Source: Poseidonia sp.
Lineage (GTDB): Archaea > Thermoplasmatota > Poseidoniia > Poseidoniales > Poseidoniaceae
Assembly (NCBI GenBank): GCA_040261535.1
Contig: JBDQNU010000002.1
Location: 56,661 to 120,660, forward strand
DNA length: 64,000 bases
Reading direction: 5' to 3'
The notes below the pieces were generated by a model. That model was not told the origin of the DNA. It did no database searches and saw nothing but the letters and a program-made list of their open reading frames with translations. The translations under genes were made by a program, and so were the position numbers. Below, in pieces: positions 27,178 through 35,767 of this stretch. Each line of letters starts with the position of its first letter. Positions within the stretch are counted from its first letter, which is position 1.

Positions 27178-29196
27178 ATGCGTGGTGCCGTCCTTCTCAG
27201 TTCGCTGTTTGTTTTGACAGCGTTGCTGCCGTTGGTGCAGACGGTCCAAGCGGCTGAAACGGAGGACGTCCGGGTCTGTTGCGATGCATCCGAGGTGGAA
27301 CTCTACCTTTTGGGCAACGATGCCAACAAAAAACTCACGCCGTTCGCCTCGGAACTCGCAGAAGAGGCCCAGTCCCTGTCGCTCGAAACCTCAATTTCCT
27401 CCCAAGAAAGCCTCGGGCGCTGGGTTCTCCCGGACACTTGGGGTGGCGTCATCCCCACGTCCACCTGGCAGTTTCAGATGAATTACGAGGTCACGAACGC
27501 TGCAGGGGTCCAAATCAACGCCACGGCCACGGTCAACATCGGCTCCAAGAGCTTCAGCGCTCAAACCGACCCGGGCTCTTCCTTCCTTGCGCAAGGAACC
27601 GGCGTTCTGAGTTTTGACATTGAAGTGGACGAGTTGACCACTTCAGGTTCTTCCAACATCGAGTTGGAATTCACGGCACAGGCCGTTGTGTTCAGCGTGC
27701 CGGGTGCCGATGCCAAGTTGGAGTTCTTGTGGGGCGGTGAAGACGACGCCTCGTCCATCGAGGCCACGATTCCTCTCATGGATATCATGATGCTCAAACC
27801 CGAAATCGAGGGCTCGGACGTCTACTTGGCGGTCCTCCTCGATTCACCATGGGGTCTCTCGACCCTCGCCCTCGCCGAATCCATCAACCTCCGCGTGAAC
27901 GGGAATACGGTCAGCGGTGACCCGATTGAAACGGGTTCAAACGACGCCGTCCGCGTGACGTGGACGTGGATGGGTGCCGCTGGAGGTGAAGAAACGATCA
28001 ACGTTGAAGTCGAATTGCTTTTCCAGCAAGGCAAACCTTCGTTGCAAGGGTCGACCACCTTTGACATCGAGACGTTTGATTCCGGTGGAGGAACGGGCAC
28101 CTATTATCCGCCCGATGAACCGCTCCGAACCGACGGAAGCGGGAGCGAGTTGGACGTTGAGATGGACATCGCTCTGAGCAACGATGGGAACGGTTTGATC
28201 CTTGAACGTGTCACCAGTTTGACGATCGATGATGAGTTGGCTTTCTGGATGCGTTGGGGAATGGACCACATCGGGGATGACAACCCAGCTCTCTCCTCCA
28301 TGCTTCGTGCGTTTTCAGCCGGTCCGGTGACCGACGATGACCGGGTCAGCCGCTTCATCGAGGACGTTGAACTTGCTGAGTTTGAGCGCCAGATGATTTC
28401 GTTGGGCCCAATGTATCTCAACGCCGGTTTGGGGCTTGAGACCGAAGAATTGCTCGGCGATTTCCGAGAGTTCAACGAAGTTCGAATCGAGGTTGACCTC
28501 AACGGGGAAAACGCCGTCATCAATCACCCCGTTACGTTGCGATTCTCCACGACACAACTCATTACGGACGGCGTACGGTTTGACCTGTTGCGAAATTTCG
28601 TGGTGGTCCAACCCGCCCCGCTTTGGAGCGGCATGGACATCGACGTCACGGCAACTTCCGATTCCATGACGGCATTGAGCAGCAGTATTCTTCGAGAATC
28701 GGATGCGTTTGAGTTCTCGGTTGTTCGTCTTCCTTGGGGCGACCGCATCTCCTTGAGCGGAGAAGGCCTCGAGCAAGATGAGAAATTCACCTTGGCCACT
28801 CTTCCAACCTCGTCCATCGCCTTCGCACCGCTGGCCCTAACGGCTCTGACGGTTGCCGCCCTGTTCGCCTCCTTCATCATCGGATTGCGCTTGACGCGAC
28901 AGCGCCGCCGAACCTACCTTTACCTCGAACTCGTGCTCGTTCCGGTGGCTCTTATGGTGACCTTCTTCGGTTACCCTCCGCTGTTTATCGGCATTGCGTT
29001 GGGCGTTGTTTCCTTTGTTTGGTGGGTCACGGCCATCGCGAGCCCTCGGGTGATTGGTGGGCGCCCTTCCCGCGCTCAGGTGCACCCGACGGTCCCGTGT
29101 CCGGCATGCCAGACCATGAACGCCGTTACCACAACGGAGCGGCCACACCGCTTTGCTTGCGTGGGATGCCAGCGCACCATCAAATTGGTCGCTTGA
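27178..29196 (+). CDS. Surface protein with signal peptide, two C-terminal TM helices and a terminal zinc ribbon
   Basis: MRGAVLLSSLFVLTALLPLVQTVQAAE at ATG 27178 (track start is TTG 27109). C-terminal TMs (LALTALTVAALFASFIIGL, LVLVPVALMVTFFGYPPLFIGIALGVVSFVWWV), then CPACQTMN...FACVGCQ. Confidence 0.7.
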   Translation: MRGAVLLSSLFVLTALLPLVQTVQAAETEDVRVCCDASEVELYLLGNDANKKLTPFASELAEEAQSLSLETSISSQESLGRWVLPDTWGGVIPTSTWQFQMNYEVTNAAGVQINATATVNIGSKSFSAQTDPGSSFLAQGTGVLSFDIEVDELTTSGSSNIELEFTAQAVVFSVPGADAKLEFLWGGEDDASSIEATIPLMDIMMLKPEIEGSDVYLAVLLDSPWGLSTLALAESINLRVNGNTVSGDPIETGSNDAVRVTWTWMGAAGGEETINVEVELLFQQGKPSLQGSTTFDIETFDSGGGTGTYYPPDEPLRTDGSGSELDVEMDIALSNDGNGLILERVTSLTIDDELAFWMRWGMDHIGDDNPALSSMLRAFSAGPVTDDDRVSRFIEDVELAEFERQMISLGPMYLNAGLGLETEELLGDFREFNEVRIEVDLNGENAVINHPVTLRFSTTQLITDGVRFDLLRNFVVVQPAPLWSGMDIDVTATSDSMTALSSSILRESDAFEFSVVRLPWGDRISLSGEGLEQDEKFTLATLPTSSIAFAPLALTALTVAALFASFIIGLRLTRQRRRTYLYLELVLVPVALMVTFFGYPPLFIGIALGVVSFVWWVTAIASPRVIGGRPSRAQVHPTVPCPACQTMNAVTTTERPHRFACVGCQRTIKLVA

Positions 29197-29607
29197 TCAC
29201 AATTTCAAATCTTTGAGATTCTTGACAAGTTGAACCGCTTCCTGATAGTCACCCGGTGAAAAGTAGCCGACGAATTCGTCGTTGTCATCCACCGCCACGA
29301 CCGCCTGTGGACTCCGTTCCTGTACGTCCGCAAGAACGGCCTTCAGATCGTCGTCCAAACGGACGGTCATCAAATCCATCTCCATGTGCTCGTGACATCG
29401 ATCAGCGGTGGCATCAACGCCATCGGCAAGCGCTTTCACCAGTTGGCGTTGCCCAAGAACTCCTTGGACTCGGTTTTCATCGTTCAGGACGACCAAAATC
29501 CCGCCGGGGACGGTCAGCAAACGCTTCGCCGCCTCCTGGACCGTATCGTCGCTTCCGATGGTCATGTGTTCGTCGTCAAGCGTGAGGTCCCGCACGGTCT
29601 TGCCCAT
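29197..29607 (-). CDS. CBS-domain pair protein
   Basis: From ATG 29607: MGKTVRDLTLDDEHMTIGSDDTVQEAAKRLL...VVLNDENRVQGVLGQRQL...MTVRLDDDLKAVLADVQE...VVAVDDNDEFVGYFSPGD, i.e. two CBS motifs. The track ORF (to 29916) would overlap the 3' end of gltX. Confidence 0.75.
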   Translation of the reverse strand: MGKTVRDLTLDDEHMTIGSDDTVQEAAKRLLTVPGGILVVLNDENRVQGVLGQRQLVKALADGVDATADRCHEHMEMDLMTVRLDDDLKAVLADVQERSPQAVVAVDDNDEFVGYFSPGDYQEAVQLVKNLKDLKL

Positions 29608-29644
29608 GGTACGCCACAGGCGTTGGGCTCTTTGTAGATTGGGC

Positions 29645-31381
29645 TCAGGGTTCGTCCGTTGTTTCATGGCACAACATGAGGCATCCGTCGTCCATGACAC
29701 GGGCGTAGCCGATTCGCTCCAACTGAACGATGGTTCCCGCTTTGTGGTTGTGGTGTTCAAGTTGGCCGCTGATGCGTTGAATCTGGTTGTTCTTGGTTTC
29801 CAAGAGAATCCCTTCGCTTGCGTGCGAGGCGGGCAACCAGTGAACAATAGGATGCGAATCTTGCCGCTCAATGGACGTGATACGGGCTTCGTTATCGTGG
29901 AGTTCAACATCGGCAAATTCCTTCAAACGGACGTCCATTTTTGCAACGTCATCGGCTTCAAGCCAAATCGTACCTTCGTTCAGCGTCCACGTTCTCCACC
30001 CCATGTCGTCATGGTTTGGGTGAACGGGGACCTTGACGTCAAGGGGGTGTTCTCCTTCGAGGTTGAACGCAGCGGCATCCCTTACGAACGAAAGTCGAGG
30101 AGCTTTGTCGTCCACCGCCTTCGTGTTGTGTGCGTAAAGCGTCGCCAACGGTACGGAAATGTCCTTTTGCGTAATGCCGAGTTCAAGCCAAAATTGCTCG
30201 AGGGCTTTGGCTTGAATGCCCCGGTCCCTCAGTGCCGAGAGCGTGGGCAGTCTCGGATCGTTCCACCCATCGTAAAGACCCGATTCGATGTCCTTGCGCA
30301 TCTGCGAGGTGGAAAAACCGCCCCATTCGTGAACTTTGACCCTTCCCCAGTACAAGGTTTCGGGATACTTCCACCCGAAGTGCTCGTAGAGCAGGGTTTG
30401 CTTTCGGGTGGAATCCATCAAATCCTTGCCTCGCACGATGTGCGTAACGTCCTGGAGATGATCCTCCACCGCACTTTGGAAATCCAAGAGGGGCCACACG
30501 GTGTAGGTTGAACCCACTTCTGGCCGTGGATGGGGGTGGGCTTTCGTGTCTTGGATTCTTAAGGCGGGCCAATCCCTTAACGCCGGGTTTTTCAGTTCCA
30601 TATCCGTCTTCACCCGAACCACGGCGTCCCCGGGCTTGTACGTGCCTTTGAGCATGCCTTTCCAGAGGGTGAGGTTGTCCGACGGGATCTGGTCTCGACA
30701 CGGACAATTTGTCTTCGCTTGCCGGTGTTCTTTGAATTCCTCAGCCGAGCAACGGCAAACGTACCCGAACCCGTTCTCCAACATCTGCTCAGCGTGTTGG
30801 TAGTAGTGGTCCATTCGGTCGGAGGCGATGATCACTCGGTCCGGTGCCCGGCCCGTTAACCACGTCGCTTCTTCCACAATCTGTTCGTAGGCTTCCAGCA
30901 TGGGGGGCTTTACTTTCGTGTCCGTGTCGTCAAAGCGGAGGATGAAGACACCATCGTACATGTTTCGGTAGGTGCTGTTGATGACAAGACCGCGAGCATG
31001 ACCGAAGGACAACGGACCGTTTGGATTGGGTGCAAAACGCAGAACGACCTTCCCTTGGGTGGCGTCGGTGAGTTCGGTCAAGCCCTCCTTCCGTGGCTTT
31101 GTTTCCCGCTTTTCGAGAAGGTGAGGGGCTTCGTTTTCAAGTATGGAACGAAGATGGTCCAAGCCTTTTGTTTCGGCGAGTTGGTTGGCCTGTGCCACCC
31201 GTTGAGCGACCAAGCCGTTGACGGCCTTCCCGTGGGGACGAAGGTCGCTTCGTGTTGCCATGATCCGTCCAATCACGGAACCCACGGCCGCCTTCCCTTC
31301 ATACTCCAGAGCGTTTTGGAGAGCTAGGTGATGGATGAGGTTCTCCGTTGCTTCATCGGGTTTCCAATCCATGCCGCTCAT
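29645..31381 (-). CDS. gltX: Glutamyl-tRNA synthetase (archaeal/eukaryal-type class I)
   Basis: FAPNPNGPLSFGHARG (HIGH region), a typical Glu/GlnRS core and an anticodon-binding C-terminus. First ATG at 31381; TTG at 31405 would overlap the rnhB stop. Confidence 0.9.
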   Translation of the reverse strand: MSGMDWKPDEATENLIHHLALQNALEYEGKAAVGSVIGRIMATRSDLRPHGKAVNGLVAQRVAQANQLAETKGLDHLRSILENEAPHLLEKRETKPRKEGLTELTDATQGKVVLRFAPNPNGPLSFGHARGLVINSTYRNMYDGVFILRFDDTDTKVKPPMLEAYEQIVEEATWLTGRAPDRVIIASDRMDHYYQHAEQMLENGFGYVCRCSAEEFKEHRQAKTNCPCRDQIPSDNLTLWKGMLKGTYKPGDAVVRVKTDMELKNPALRDWPALRIQDTKAHPHPRPEVGSTYTVWPLLDFQSAVEDHLQDVTHIVRGKDLMDSTRKQTLLYEHFGWKYPETLYWGRVKVHEWGGFSTSQMRKDIESGLYDGWNDPRLPTLSALRDRGIQAKALEQFWLELGITQKDISVPLATLYAHNTKAVDDKAPRLSFVRDAAAFNLEGEHPLDVKVPVHPNHDDMGWRTWTLNEGTIWLEADDVAKMDVRLKEFADVELHDNEARITSIERQDSHPIVHWLPASHASEGILLETKNNQIQRISGQLEHHNHKAGTIVQLERIGYARVMDDGCLMLCHETTDEP

Positions 31382-31401
31382 TCCTGCGTGGTGCCACCCC
31401 T

Positions 31402-32145
31402 TCAAGTAATGCGTGGACGGGTGTCGTCAAACAGCGTTCGCTGCACGGCCAGAGGTTTTCCTCGAACGGGAACATCACCTGCTCGGTTCGTTTCCCAAAA
31501 CCGCTTGACCGTTGCCCACCCCCAACGGAGATCAACGTCAAGACCGGTTTGAGGGCAGAGGTCGGGAAGCACCCGTTGCGTTGCGGGGTCGCTTGGATAT
31601 CCTGAGCCGATGGCGAAACCAAGCCGCTGTTCAATGGCGCTGACAGCACGTTCTCTCGCCTCTTTTGCGAGAATGCTGGCCATGCTGACGACCGGATGCT
31701 GTTCGTCGGCCTTGTGCTCTGCTCGAAGGGTTGAGTTCGGCCAAGGCCAATTCGGCAGACCGTCCATGATGCGGCGTGCGAAGCGTTCAGTGTTCACGTC
31801 GCATGCATCCGCCATGACCGAGACATCGGCCCGGTGGGGCAACAAAAGCAGAGCTTCTTGGAAGCCCTCAACTTCGAGCAGATTGAGACTCGTGTCTTGC
31901 ATAGCGAGGTCAATTCGTTCAGCAGGAAGAGTGATGACTCCACCAAACCAACGGCGCTCTTCGCTTTTCTCGTTGAACCAAGCCTCAAGTTCTCGCCTCT
32001 TCTTGGGGGATAGGTCTTTGGAATCGCGAACACCTTGTTCCTTTAACAACGCAAGATCACCCTCGGGAATGGCACACACGCCGACGATGAGGGGCCCGAG
32101 AACCGGACCTCTGCCGGCTTCGTCAACGCCAACATGCCAGTTCAT
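31402..32145 (-). CDS. rnhB: Ribonuclease HII
   Basis: MNWHVGVDEAGRGPVLGPLIVGVCAI and DSKDLSPKKRREL. ATG at 32145, 2 nt after the upstream gene's TGA (32148-32150). Confidence 0.9.
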   Translation of the reverse strand: MNWHVGVDEAGRGPVLGPLIVGVCAIPEGDLALLKEQGVRDSKDLSPKKRRELEAWFNEKSEERRWFGGVITLPAERIDLAMQDTSLNLLEVEGFQEALLLLPHRADVSVMADACDVNTERFARRIMDGLPNWPWPNSTLRAEHKADEQHPVVSMASILAKEARERAVSAIEQRLGFAIGSGYPSDPATQRVLPDLCPQTGLDVDLRWGWATVKRFWETNRAGDVPVRGKPLAVQRTLFDDTRPRIT

Positions 32146-32147
32146 GC

Positions 32148-34568
32148 TCAAAACTCCAGATCATCCTCAGGTTGTTGCTTGGAGGGGGCCATCGCCTCTT
32201 GGAGCGGTTGAACATCGGACAACACGGTGGTCGGGACTGGCTCGCTTGCAGAGGTGGGCGAGAGGGGATGACCTGGGTTTTGAAGCGATGACAACCCATC
32301 GTTTGCCTTGGCTTTGCTGATGTCTTCGGTTCGTTTGTCCAGCACCAAGGTTGCGGCACTCACAAGCGCATCGTCAACCGGGGACTGAGGTTGGCTTGCC
32401 TGCCCGTGGGCATGACGAAACATCGCTTCGTAGGTCTCTTTTGGAACCGCTTGTAAGGGCTCGCGAGGAGGCTCAGGATCTTCAACGGGCGTTGGTTCTT
32501 TTTGGTAGCGAGCCATCCAGTCGTCCTCCGCACTTTTTTCCTGGTAGGGCAACACGTTTTGCTGTTCCAGTCGACGGTCACGGTCAATCACCGCCTTGTA
32601 AATCACGAGGCTCGCGAACACGATGGCAAGCAACACGCCTGACCATGCTTTGAGATAGAGCACGGCGGTGCTGGCCATGCCGCCCCAATCGATGCCTGCG
32701 TCCTCTTCGTCGACCGGTTGCCAGGCTTGCCCCAGATAGTCGCCGGTCGAGGTGTGAATAAACGGCAATTCTGGAGCGTAGCGCGACCGAATGCTGGTGG
32801 TGATGGTGACCGTGCCGTTGTTGACCTGGTCTTGAGGGAGTTGAACCCAAGCACGGATGGTGAAGTTGGAGTTGAGAGGAACATCGTTGATTTCGAAGGA
32901 ACGTGGGAACTCAACATCCTCCTCGTAAACAGCGTTTTCAGGAGGGATGAACCCCATATCGACCACGTGGCTTGATTGCAATTGGACGATGAGGCCATCC
33001 ACGGCATTTCCATCGTTTCTCGCCTCCATGGCGATGGTGAGGCGACCCCTTGCATTGACCTGCTCAGCAACGTTTCTGAAGGTCCAATTGATTTCTGGTC
33101 CGACGACCAACGGAACGCTGACCGTGTCAAGGACGGTTCCAGCATCACCAAGAACCTCGATGGAGGCAAGGCCGGTCATGAAGGCAACGCTCCCTTCATC
33201 GGCGCCCACGCTGAGAGGGGCGAAGGTTTTGGTTTGGCCTTGCTGAACGAGCATGGTATTGGCAGGGAGCGCGACCTCAAACCCGTCCGTGACTTCACTG
33301 AGGCGCAGGAGATAGGTGTTGTACGAATTGCCCGTGTTGAGCACGCTAATGCTAACTGAACATGGTTGAGTGGACAGAATGTTGTTGCACCCGTTTTCGC
33401 TGTAGCTTGCCGATGCCGATGCTGTGCGGTTGATGGTGGCCGTCATCGGGGCCGTTCGCAACAAGGTACTCGCTCCGTTGGCAAAAACTTGCAGTTGAAT
33501 GCTGAGGCCACCTTCGAATTCATTCGGTGCTTGGAAACCGATCTCAACGGTTCGGCTCTCGTTGGGTTGGAGGACGATGTCTTCCAGACCGCCGAAGAGG
33601 GCGACGACCCATCCATCCTCCGTAAACCGGTCGGACGGTGATGAGCCCGGGAGGAGTCCTCCGTTTTCATCCAGCGGTTGAAGGGTGATGTTCAGCGTGT
33701 TGGGTGTGTTCCCAACGTTACGAACGACCGCATACAGGCGTCCGTCCTGGTTGGGTGCGACTTCCAAAAGCGGGTCGTAGGCGTCGATTGTCGCGTTCTT
33801 CTTTTCATTCATCATCAAATCAACGGACCATTGAACCGCCGCTCTGTCAAGCGAGGAAGTGGCCGTGAGCGTAAATCGCGGGCCGGTTTCAAAGAGGGGC
33901 ATGCCGTTTTGAATGGCGGGGACATCCACCCAGAAATAGGCGTAGACGAGTTGTCCTGGCTGCACAAGGAGGTGGGCCGTTCCGTCGACGATGTTTTGCA
34001 TGTCCCAGCCCCATGCCCAACCGGAATTGGAGGAGAGGGAGAAGGACACGTTGTCAGCCATGGTTCCGTTGTTGGAGAGGTTCATCGCAACGGAGGTTCG
34101 TACCTTTTCATCAACCGTCAGTTGACTGACGCCTTGGGCTCCAAAGTTGAGGTTGGACCAAGGGGCAACGATGACGTTCATGCTGATGGTTTTCGATTCG
34201 GCCCCCTCAAGGTCGCTTGAGACGCTGAACGAGACCGTGTGGTTTTGGAACGCTGCGGTTGCGTTGGCTTTAATGGAGAACGTGAGCTGTCGCAGGTGAT
34301 TGGGGACAACGATTTCGGAGAGCGGCAGGCCCAAGACCGTGAGCGGTTCGGGCACGCTCAACACCTCCACGGTCAAGGCTTGGTTCGCGTTTGCTTTGTT
34401 TTGGACCGTGATGTAGGTCGAGACGGTTTCGTTTTGATGCACGATGACCTCGCTCGGGGCGATGGCGCCGATAACGTCTTCATCACGTCCATCCGGAAGA
34501 CTTTCTGCCCCAAAGACTGGGCTCATGGTCGGGAGCGCCAAGAGGACCAAGACCGCTACCCAGCGCAT
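32148..34568 (-). CDS. Type I membrane surface protein with CARDB/COG1470-like Ig modules
   Basis: Signal MRWVAVLVLLALPTMSPVFGAES (ATG 34568). Repeated x-N-x-G-N strands (LSNNGTMADNV, VRNVGNTPNTL, VLNTGNSYNTY, EARNDGNAVDG). C-terminal TM VLLAIVFASLVIYKAV plus a ~190 aa tail. Confidence 0.75.
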   Translation of the reverse strand: MRWVAVLVLLALPTMSPVFGAESLPDGRDEDVIGAIAPSEVIVHQNETVSTYITVQNKANANQALTVEVLSVPEPLTVLGLPLSEIVVPNHLRQLTFSIKANATAAFQNHTVSFSVSSDLEGAESKTISMNVIVAPWSNLNFGAQGVSQLTVDEKVRTSVAMNLSNNGTMADNVSFSLSSNSGWAWGWDMQNIVDGTAHLLVQPGQLVYAYFWVDVPAIQNGMPLFETGPRFTLTATSSLDRAAVQWSVDLMMNEKKNATIDAYDPLLEVAPNQDGRLYAVVRNVGNTPNTLNITLQPLDENGGLLPGSSPSDRFTEDGWVVALFGGLEDIVLQPNESRTVEIGFQAPNEFEGGLSIQLQVFANGASTLLRTAPMTATINRTASASASYSENGCNNILSTQPCSVSISVLNTGNSYNTYLLRLSEVTDGFEVALPANTMLVQQGQTKTFAPLSVGADEGSVAFMTGLASIEVLGDAGTVLDTVSVPLVVGPEINWTFRNVAEQVNARGRLTIAMEARNDGNAVDGLIVQLQSSHVVDMGFIPPENAVYEEDVEFPRSFEINDVPLNSNFTIRAWVQLPQDQVNNGTVTITTSIRSRYAPELPFIHTSTGDYLGQAWQPVDEEDAGIDWGGMASTAVLYLKAWSGVLLAIVFASLVIYKAVIDRDRRLEQQNVLPYQEKSAEDDWMARYQKEPTPVEDPEPPREPLQAVPKETYEAMFRHAHGQASQPQSPVDDALVSAATLVLDKRTEDISKAKANDGLSSLQNPGHPLSPTSASEPVPTTVLSDVQPLQEAMAPSKQQPEDDLEF

Positions 34569-34664
34569 GAAGTCGGCTAAGGCAGGCCCCCTATGAAACA
34601 CTCCCCTTCATGCTGGATTTAGCCGTAGCGTAGGTTTCTTCAATCATGTTGAACAGGCCTGCTC

Positions 34665-35090
34665 ATGCCTCCGTTCTGGCCGTTCAAAAAGAAGGATGTC
34701 GTTGCTGAAGTGGATGAAGCGCCGCCTGCGCCCATGGTCTACAAGCGGGGCGAAGACCCGCATGCCCGCCCGGAGGTGACCTCCGATGCCGAGGCGTACA
34801 AGGATGCGCTCGCTCTTTTTGGCGATGGTTCTCAGACCGTCAAAGCGGCAACGGACCAATCGGTTCACTTCGACGGTATAACGGCCTCGGATGAACCAGG
34901 GTCACCCTCGGAGGGAGAATCACCAAGCACGGTTGATTCCTCGGACAATGCAGAAAACAGTCCTGTTGAAGAGGACGTGACCTGGATTCACCACACCGAT
35001 GGTTACCACTACAAACAACGTGCGGACGGTTCGTTTGAGCCGACACCGTACACGTTGGGCGAGGACGGCTCGTATCAGCCGTATTCCTGA
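34665..35090 (+). CDS. Small acidic hypothetical protein
   Basis: 141 aa, Asp/Glu/Ser-rich, ending VTWIHHTDGYHYKQRADGSFEPTPYTLGEDGSYQPYS. The 3' end overlaps the convergent SRAP gene by 16 bp. Confidence 0.45.
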   Translation: MPPFWPFKKKDVVAEVDEAPPAPMVYKRGEDPHARPEVTSDAEAYKDALALFGDGSQTVKAATDQSVHFDGITASDEPGSPSEGESPSTVDSSDNAENSPVEEDVTWIHHTDGYHYKQRADGSFEPTPYTLGEDGSYQPYS

Positions 35091-35758
35091 TCAAACAACG
35101 TTGGAATCGGTTTGACCAATCCAGGATGGTTCGCCGTCACGCGGTTCACTTCCTTGGAAACGGGATGGCGAGCGATGGTTGAGTTCGGTGTTTCGTGGGG
35201 TGAGTCACCTTCGCTTAGCCACGCACCGAGGTGGTCGGTTGTCATCAACACCGGCATCCGGTTGTGAACCGGTGCACAATCGGCGTTCGCACTCCGCGTC
35301 AACATGGCAAACGATTCGAGGGTTGTACCCTCTGATGTCCATGTGTCCCATATTGCCGCAAAAAGGCAAGGATTCTCGTCGTTTCGCCGGTGAAAAAAGG
35401 GAATCTTTCCCTGCGGTGTCGTCATCCACTCGTACCATCCATCAGCGACGACGACCCCCCGTCGTCGCTCAAAGGCCGAACGAAACATCGGCTTTTCATG
35501 AACGGATTCAAGGCGTGCGTTGATGGGTTCACGATGACTTTGTTTCGCCCAAGATGCCCGAAATCCCCACCGCATCATGCGGAGGTGCCTTGGCACTTGA
35601 CCTTCGCCATGAACACCGTGCTGCGTCATGACGGGGACCATGGTGGTGGGAGCGACGTTCCATGAGGATTCGAACGGTGTCAAATCAGATAGGGGTTCAG
35701 ATGCAAAAAGCGCTGCGATGTCATCAAGCGGGGTCGCAAGAGCGAATCGACCGCACAT
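35075..35758 (-). CDS. SOS-response associated peptidase (SRAP / YedK / HMCES family)
   Basis: Diagnostic N-terminus MCGRFA (catalytic Cys2) and matching family length. Confidence 0.85.
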   Translation of the reverse strand: MCGRFALATPLDDIAALFASEPLSDLTPFESSWNVAPTTMVPVMTQHGVHGEGQVPRHLRMMRWGFRASWAKQSHREPINARLESVHEKPMFRSAFERRRGVVVADGWYEWMTTPQGKIPFFHRRNDENPCLFAAIWDTWTSEGTTLESFAMLTRSANADCAPVHNRMPVLMTTDHLGAWLSEGDSPHETPNSTIARHPVSKEVNRVTANHPGLVKPIPTLFDQEYG

Positions 35759-35767
35759 GGTCTTCCC

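Noticed and set aside
29608-29916. Upstream 103-codon extension of the CBS ORF
   Set aside because: It overlaps the 3' end of gltX and has a low-complexity Thr/Ser/Pro composition. The CBS domains begin right after ATG 29607.
29408-30511. 367-aa plus-strand ORF
   Set aside because: Antisense to gltX, which has unambiguous class I synthetase motifs.
34960-35090. Functional link between the WW-like C-terminus of the small acidic protein and the GW-tag tails of the giants
   Set aside because: The only support is a vague resemblance in aromatic spacing. There is no sequence-level support.
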